Positions 56,970 through 64,000 of a DNA stretch of 64,000 bases are shown here, in pieces. The notes beneath the pieces are model-generated. The model did no database searches. It was not told the origin of the DNA and worked only from the letters and a program-made list of their open reading frames with translations. Numbering within the stretch: the first letter of the stretch is position 1; each line of letters starts with the position of its first letter. Source of the stretch: Eledone cirrhosa. Its lineage: Eukaryota. The stretch covers positions 34,968,001-35,032,000 of the forward strand of contig OZ024745.1 in the NCBI GenBank assembly GCA_964016885.1, written 5' to 3'. The position numbers and the translations under genes are program-made.

Positions 56970-56977
56970 ATGCAAAT
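56970..56977 (+). promoter_or_regulatory. Perfect octamer motif ATGCAAAT upstream of the hammerhead motif
   Basis: Exact match; any function is inferred only. Confidence 0.3.
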
Positions 56978-57051
56978 TAGGCTGCTCAGCCGTTAATTTT
57001 CATAAGGAAAGTATATACTTTCGAACGTTCAACCATCTGGCAGAAGGGTAT

Positions 57052-57094
57052 ACGGTGCTGACGATAGCTAACAAGCTTGAAACTAGTACATCGT
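57052..57094 (+). ncRNA. Minimal type I hammerhead ribozyme motif
   Basis: Helix I ACGGTG/CATCGT (6 bp, one G-U), CTGACGA, helix II AGCT-aaca-AGCT flanked by T on each side, GAAA, palindromic ACTAGT helix III, GUA cleavage triplet. Confidence 0.7.
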
Positions 57095-57402
57095 TCCTGT
57101 GTCAGTGTTGAACAAAAATGTGACATGGTTGCCTTAACACCGTACGGCATAAATCAGGCTGTCCGTTTGTAAACAAACGGACAAAGCGAGCGTTATAATA
57201 AACGTTTGCTAAACTGATACGTACATATATATATATGTGTACCTGTATGTATGTATATATATATATATATATATGTGCATGCTACTGTACGTCTGTATAC
57301 ATGTATGTATGTACGTATACATACATACTTACATTTAAGTAAGTGCCGTACTAAGAGTGAGAAATGAAATTTCGTTTCATTCTTTTCCAATTTATATATA
57401 TA

Positions 57403-58782
57403 TCTTCTCTAGCTCGGCCATTGATTCAGCTATGAGCGTTAGATCATCTGCGTATAAGACCGGCTGCCCATGGGAACTCCTATACGCAGATGATCTAACG
57501 CTCATAGCTGAATCAATGGCCGAGCTAGAGAAGAAATTCCAAACATGGAAGCACAGGCTAGAATCAAAAGGCCTTAAAATTAACCTGGCTAAGACTAAAG
57601 TTCTAGTTTGTAAGAAAGAAAATAAGGCGGCGGTCCCCTCCGGGAAGTGGCCATGCGCAGAGTGTAGGAAAGGCGTAGGTAGAAATTCCATTTTGTGTCC
57701 CAAATGTAAAGTTTGGGTTCATAAAAGATGTAGTGGGATCACAGGTAAGCTAACTAAGAACATAGATTTTACATGTGGCCGGTGTTCTGGGGCAATAAGT
57801 AGCAGCAAGTGCCCACAAAATACTAGCTCTTTCAACTGCGCAGAGGGTTCTATAGAAATAGTGGACAGCTTCCGTTACCTGGGTGACAAAATCAGCAGTG
57901 GGGAGGGTGCTCTGAAAGTACAGTAGCTAGAGTCAGAACTCGGTGGAAAAAGTTCAGAGAGCTTATACCACTATTAGCCGCTAAAGGGTTCTCCCTAAAA
58001 ATGAAAGGCAGGTTGTATGATGCCTGCATACGAACAGCAATGTTACATGGCAGTGAGACCTGGGCATTGTGTGCAGAGGATATACGCAGACTAGAGAGAA
58101 ACGAAGCTTGCATGCTCCGCTGGATGTGTAATAGTAATATACGTGAACGACAAAGCATAAACGAACTAAGGAAAAAATTAGAAATAAGAGGGATCAGATG
58201 TTGTTTACTAGAGAGAAGGCTACGTTGGTATGGTCACGTGATGCGCATGAAGGACGATAGCTGTATAACAAAGTGCAGGGCAATAAAGATAGACGGTAGC
58301 CACGGAATAGGCAGACCCAGAAAAACCTGGGACGAGCTGATAAACTCCGACCTCACACACTTACACCTCACCAAGACAATGTCACTGGACCGAGACCTTT
58401 GGCGGTACTCAGTAATAGAGGCGGTACTCAGTAATAGAGAAGACCCGCCTTACCTAAATACAAAGTAAAACCTACTACAGTCAGTAGGCATCTCTAACAA
58501 AATACACCCCGTCCCACCACCCCCACCCCATCCACACCGCCCCCTTCTATGTAAAGTTATGTTGGTGCCATACCATCCAGGCCGAAACAAATGAGATCGT
58601 GTAGGTGTCACGACAAAAAAACACACAGTCCACGCTGTAATGTGGCCGTATAGGCAACACGGTAAAAACCTCCCAGACAGTCCTATGCGAGCAAGACAAT
58701 CACTCTTGCCTCAAGTGGGAAAACCCCCGTCCAAACCCATGCAAGCGTGGAACACGGACGTTAAACGATGATGATGATGATA
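57403..58782 (+). mobile_element. 5'-truncated RTE family B copy with fold-back 5' end and one frameshift
   Basis: LYADD, PHD-like finger and C-terminus nearly identical to 27215-28591; frameshift near 57900; (GAT)n tail. Confidence 0.93.
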
Positions 58783-58789
58783 TATATGT

Positions 58790-59145
58790 ATATATGCTTA
58801 TCTAATAAACAGACTAAATAAAGATGGCATAGAAAATACAATGTAACGGGAGGAAACAATAGCACCACTGACGATGTTGCAGATGTGCAACGAAAGAACT
58901 TTGATAAACTATATATATGTGTCTGTCTATATTGTATCTGTATTATTTTTGACCGTTGGTCAGTCAATGGCAACATTGAGGACCGAATAAATTAGATTAC
59001 CGATATAAGAGACACAGAAGCGAAAAACGAAAACCAACCAAACAGCGAGTGTGTTCTGTTATTAATTCTGGCAATATTACACAAATATGACCCTCCCCAA
59101 GTATAAGAATATTTGTTTCGATTCATTTCAAAAACCTCGCAAAAC
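58790..59145 (+). mobile_element. Non-coding TA-flanked element related to 17130-17510
   Basis: Shares AAGATGGC, the hammerhead-like core ending GAACTTTGA, AACCAACCAA and ATGACCCTCCC(C/A)AAGTATAA in the same order. Confidence 0.55.
58863..58906 (+). ncRNA. Decayed minimal hammerhead ribozyme motif
   Basis: CTGACGA-T, perfect 6-bp helix II GTTGCA-gatg-TGCAAC, GAAA, G-AA-C-T-T. Helix I (CACCA/TGATA) has two mismatches. Confidence 0.55.
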
Positions 59146-59177
<32 letters not shown>

Positions 59178-59179
59178 TA

Positions 59180-59225
59180 CAGGGTGTCCCCAAAAATGTA
59201 TACACACTTTGATTACCTGTACAGG
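59180..59225 (+). mobile_element. Solo Tc1/mariner-like terminal repeat
   Basis: TA followed by CAGGGTGTCCCCAAAAATGTATACACACTTTGA; no partner end was found. Confidence 0.4.
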
Positions 59226-59417
59226 CAATATTTATTAGAATGCTGTTAAGTGTGTTTACATTTTTTGCATGACATCCTGGCATTAGGAAAAGCGTCTAGC
59301 CGTAGAAACATAGTCACACAGTTATATATGAGTAAGAGACGTCACCTGACCCAACTTGACTCAAATGGGACAACACATCTAACCCATGCTAGAAAATGGA
59401 CGTTAAATGATGATTAT

Positions 59418-60492
59418 GATGCAAAGTATGGGTGCATAAAAGATGTAGTGGGATCACAGGTAAGCTTATCTAAGAACGTAGATGTTATATGTGGCCGGTG
59501 CTCAGGTGCAATAAGTAGCAAGTGCCCACAGGATACTAGCTCTTTCTATTGTCCAGATGGCTCTATAGAAATAGTAGACACCTTCCGTTACCTGGGTGAC
59601 AAAATTAGCAGTGGTGGAGGGTGCTCTGAAAGTACAGTAGCCAGAGTCAGAACGGGATGGAAAAAGTTTAGAAGAGCTTATACCACTAAAGGTTTCTCCC
59701 TAAAAATGAAAGGCAGGCTGTATGATGCCTGCATACGAACAGCTATGTTACATGGCAGTGAGACTTGGGCACTGTGTGTAGAGGATCTGCGCAGACTGGA
59801 GAGGAACGAAGCATGCATGCTCTGTTGGGTGTGTAATAGTAATAAACTTGAACAGCAAAGCATAAATAAACTAAGTGAGAAATTAAGAGGGATCAGATGC
59901 TGTTTACTCGAAAGACTACGTTGGTATCGTCACGTGATGCGCATGAAAGACAACAGCTGTATAAAAAAGTGCAGGGCGATCAAAATTGATGGGAGTTACG
60001 GAGTAGGCAGACCCAGAAAAACCTGGGACGATTTGATAAATTCCGACCTTACACCTCTCTAAGACAATGTCACTGGACCGAGATCTTTGGCGCTACGCAC
60101 TAATAAGGAAGACCCGCCTTGCCTAAGTACAAAGCGAAACCTAGTCAGTAGGCACCTTTTAATCAAATATACACCCCCATCTCACTACCACTACCCCAAC
60201 TTCCCCCCCTTCTCTGTAATGTTATGTTGGTACCACAACATCCAGTCCTAAATAAATGAGGTTGTGTAGGTGTCACGACAAAAAACACAGTCCACGCTGT
60301 AATGTGGCCATGTAGGTAACACGGTAAAAACCTCCCAGTCCACACTGTAAACATGGTTGGTGTTAGTAGAAAACCTGCCAGACAATCCTATACAAGCGAG
60401 ACGACCAATCTTGCCTCAAGTGGGATAATTCCCGTCTAAACCCATGCTAGCGTGGAAGATAGACGTTAAACGATGATGATGATGATGATGAT
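59418..60492 (+). mobile_element. Older RTE family B-related 3' fragment
   Basis: [14 protein letters not shown]...MLHGSETW...GRPRKTW, 3' UTR and (GAT)n tail; several indels. Confidence 0.9.
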
Positions 60493-60507
60493 ATATGCAT
60501 ATATATA

Positions 60508-60726
60508 ATTAATAATAAATAGGAACGAGGTGTCAGAGTATCATTATTAAGTTTATTCAGGTGTGATGCATGTTTCGCGATTGATCAGTTCAAGGTTCGA
60601 TCTGTTCGGGCCTGACTCTGGAATCAAGCCAGACGAACCTTGAGTTGATCAATTGTGATACAAGTGTAACCAGCTGGATAAACATAATGATGGTACTCTG
60701 ACAACTTGTTCCTACTTATTATTAAT
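60508..60726. mobile_element. Fold-back / MITE-like imperfect palindrome
   Basis: The left arm ATTAATAATAAATAGGAACGAGGTGTCAGAGTATCAT... pairs with the right end; inner arms TTGATCAGTTCAAGGTTCG and CGAACCTTGAGTTGATCAA also pair. Confidence 0.75.
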
Positions 60727-60733
60727 ATTATCG

Positions 60734-60900
60734 ATAGAGTCGGACGCCATGCTTTGCAGCAAAGAGTTACGGCCCTTTATGGTCCGAGTTCAAATCCTGC
60801 CGAGGTTAACTTTGCCTTTCATCCTTACGGGGGTTGATAAAATAAAGTACCAGTAATGTACTGGGTATTTGCTGGCCTTTTGCCAAAAGTAGAAACAATT
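60734..60900 (+). mobile_element. tRNA-derived SINE with Nin-like central domain
   Basis: B box GAGTTCAAATCC, then CGAGGTTAACTTTGCCTTTCATCC...GATAAAATAAAGTACCAGT. Older copies occur near 3240-3350, 4920-5040 and 11110-11235. Confidence 0.7.
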
Positions 60901-61089
60901 ATTAATATTACACTTTGCTTATGATGGAAACTGACTATAGCATAACACAAAATGTATAACACCACATACTAATCTTAAACAGACCCACCTATGTATTGAG
61001 TGCTCAAGTTGGTGAACCAACAGTAATATAAGGTAATACATTAAGCTATATATCATCATCATCATCGTCGTTTAACGTCCATGTTCCAC

Positions 61090-61265
61090 GCTTATATTAG
61101 ATCATGTAAAACATGGGCGGAGATGGTGAAAGCTGACCTCAGATCACTGAAGCTCACAGAGGAGATGACGAGGGACTGTGACGAATGGAGAGATGCTGTA
61201 CTGAATAGGACCCATCCCACCCTTGCAAGCAGGGAAAAGCGAACATAAAATTATGATAATGATGA
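61090..61265 (+). mobile_element. Short RTE 3' end of the same family as 182-636
   Basis: ...GAAGCTCACAGAGGAGATGACGAGGGAC...CCCTTGCAAGCAGGGAAAAGCG. Confidence 0.8.
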
Positions 61266-61267
61266 TT

Positions 61268-62290
61268 GCAAAAGTTTGTGCCCAATTTTCATTTTTAATA
61301 TAAAATGACAACTTGGCATTGGTGTTTGTTTTGGTGCCAATTTCTGGTGTGTTCTAGACCGAATTCTTGTATTGTTTAGTTGCAAGTCAGACTTTGTTGA
61401 ATGTTGACATTTTGAATGCCTTAAAGATGGAGGATGAAAAGTTACACTTTCACTGTATTACACTCCATGAATTCCAGAGTGGAGTAAGCATTGGAACTGC
61501 AACAAAAACATTCAAAAAATATATTTGGATCATGCTCCAGCTCTTTGGACAGTCAAAAATTGGTTTAGCTTATTTTGTCAGTTTGATTATAATTTTTTTT
61601 TAAATAAATAAATAAAAAATATCAACCATGCTCTGGGTGACCTTCCAACATTGATGACGACGCTCTGCTTGCCATCGTGGAGAATAAACCAAAGTTCTGA
61701 TGGAAGAGGTTGCTAAGAGTTTAAAAATTGATATAATACTGCCTTTTGCCATTTAAAGAGACTGTTCATTTCCAAACTCAATACTTGGGTGCCACATTTT
61801 CTGATCGAACAGAACAAGATCATGTTCCTGCACCGATTTCTTTACTGTTATGCTGCAAAAAAGAGCTGTTCTTGGACAGAATTGTCACAGGTGATGAAAA
61901 ATGAATTGTTTATGATAATGTTTGACACCAACGGAGCTGCAAACAAGCTTGTGAAAGTGCAGAACCTGTGGCTAAAACGGGCTTATATCTAATAAAGATG
62001 TTGCTGTCCATTTTGTAGGATGGCAGAGGAATAATTCACTTTGAGCTTCTTCCAGCCAGTGAAACAATAACTGCAAAAAAATACTACAACCAACTCACAA
62101 ACTCAATGCAACTATTAAAAAATGTATGGTAAATTTTGGCAAATCAAAAAGACGTCATTTTCCACCATGATAACACAAGAATGCATATTGCAAAACCTTT
62201 CAATACCCACCGTATTCTCCTGACTAAGATTGTTCAGATTTTCATTTGTTCAAGTCGCTACAGAAAAATTTAAATGACAAAAAATACAAA
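61268..62290 (+). mobile_element. Heavily decayed mariner (a different subfamily from 18335-19635)
   Basis: MEDEKLHF..., WVPH, DRIVTGDEK, FHHDN and PPYSPD remnants in shifting frames; boundaries approximate. Confidence 0.8.
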
Positions 62291-62482
62291 GTACACACTG
62301 CAAATGTGGTTGGCGTTAGGAAGGGCATCCAGCCGTAGAAACCAAGCCAAAATTAGTTCTGTATGAGCAAAACAGAGTTATCTGACCTGGCTTGTCTCTC
62401 AATGGGACAGCTTGTCTAATCCATGCAAGCATGGAAAATAGACATTAAACAGTAATAATTATATATATCCTGACAATATAAT

Positions 62483-62640
62483 TGTTTCTACTTTTGGCAC
62501 AAGGCCAGCAATTATCACAGTACATTACTGGTACTTTATTTTATCGACCCCATAAGGATGAAAGGCAAAGTTAACCTCGGCGGGATTTGAACTCAGAATG
62601 GCAAGGGCCGTAACTATGCGTCAAAGCATGGCATCCGACC
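62483..62640 (-). mobile_element. Nin-like SINE
   Basis: Reverse complement of 60734-60900. Confidence 0.7.
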
Positions 62641-64000
62641 AATCAATGATTAGATATAAATATCTATTAGTCAATGTAAATAAACCTCCATCAGTTTTGA
62701 TGGTGTGTCTCCTACTCATTAAATTAATGTGTAAGTGGTTGAGTATTGTACAAACATTCACACCCTCCAATTATGCTATACCTCAAAGAGATTTAGCATA
62801 ACACTGTGACAAGACTGGCCCTTTGAATTACAGATTCAGTCCATTCAACAGGTTTCTAAACAGTTTCTGCATACCTAATTTCGCTGACAAGGCTTGAGTT
62901 AACCCAAGGTTATAGTAAAAGAAAAATAACTAATATACCTTGGGGTAGGATTGAACCTGAAACTTCACAATTTTGAAACAAACTTCTAGACCTTTTAGCC
63001 TCGTCTGCATCAATGTAATCCTGTGCTAATTATCTTGACGAATTTATTAGGCTACAATAATTATTATTGTAGTTTGAAATTAAAGGCAGCTATATTAGTC
63101 AAAATAAATCATGTAGCAACTCAGTAAGAATTTAAAAAATTACAATCAAGCTAATGAAATGGACTTTATGAAGTCCCTGATAAAAATAGCTTCTAGATTT
63201 CCCTTAAACTACACCTTACAATATTAAATAGAACATATACATGGATAGTGTATTACTAAACACTATCTAAATTTTCAAAAAGTGAATGGTTATAGTAGGA
63301 CCACCTTTGAAGACAAGTTGTTTGTATTAATGTTGACCAGGGTTAAATAACAATTCTTAATATCAGTATGGAGGACATTGATAATATGAACAAAAAGAGG
63401 TCAACAATTTGTAATCTAATACATAATCTGAATATAACAAAAAATATACAAAAGGTCATAGTCAATTGTCATTGTCTAAGATTTGTACAGCAAGGGAGAC
63501 AACCACGTCCAGCTAAACAACGGTTATTCGAATTACAACCTACAAAGTAACCCTTTTGTTACCATTGTATTCTTTTCAGAGAGGATCTAAGGGTCTTTAG
63601 TGGGGGAGACAGCGGCTAAGGGATGAATACAAGAGGGGGTGTGGATGTAGTGAGGGTATTTAGTCAGTGCCTCTGTCTCTCTCGCTCAGCCCATCTCTCA
63701 CTATAAGCAAATGGGGGCTCCGGGGGGGGGGCCCAGCAAACGGAACAGATAAGGCGTTTCCCCAGAGGAAGGTGAGGGAGATGCGTTGGAAAAGGCAGTC
63801 CAGCTCGCGAGGCTCACACTAGCGGATAGCCAACTCCGTGCCGAGTAGGGAGGTGGTCCTAAGGCCAAGGACACCAGAAGTCTCGACTGCTATGGGCTCA
63901 ACCGCAAACCTGTCAGAGAGCCTAATAAGAAAAAACAACTGCTTGATATTTTCAAATTTTGAAGAAAATATCTTTGAAAATAGTTAAAAATTTAGAGGGA

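Larger units (their letters stand above)
56721..57395 (+). mobile_element. Retrozyme-like non-coding element: ~474-bp unit in partial tandem with a hammerhead motif
   Basis: Direct repeats 56721-56932 and 57195-57395 enclose a unique core containing an octamer, a hammerhead motif and a hairpin; TA runs on both sides. Confidence 0.65.

Noticed and set aside
58401-58440. 19-bp tandem duplication near the end of the RTE ORF
   Set aside because: A copy-specific mutation absent from the other family B copies; no sign of function.

Overview
AT-rich animal genomic DNA. A cephalopod (octopus) source is inferred from the CORE- and Nin-type SINEs, the RTE LINEs with (GAT)n tails and the very large (TA)n arrays. 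Positions 2.6-16.1 kb hold 11 phase-consistent minus-strand coding exons of a ZFC3H1 (PAXT adaptor) homologue; its 5' and 3' exons were not found in the window. From about 16.8 to 59 kb lies a nest of transposons, almost all bounded by (TA)n/(TATG)n arrays: a full-length decayed mariner, several RTE fragments (one with a long open ORF carrying a PHD-type finger), a near-complete two-ORF CR1/L2-group LINE, an intact Penelope-like element (RT plus C-terminal GIY-YIG) with inverted and direct pseudo-LTRs, and five copies of a tRNA/CORE SINE. A 200-N gap at 44580-44779 is followed by a second copy of the 32-38 kb block. The most interesting signals are: (1) three short non-coding, TA-flanked elements with minimal type I hammerhead ribozyme motifs, two of them clearly homologous, which may be non-autonomous partners of the Penelope-like element; (2) (TA)n tracts flanked by short direct duplications inside non-TA sequence, suggesting the arrays were seeded by insertion; (3) a probable -1 ribosomal frameshift joining LINE ORF1 to an ORF2 that has no usable AUG. 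The many long IY/YI ORFs are microsatellite artefacts. No database search or folding program was run; family assignments come from motif recognition.
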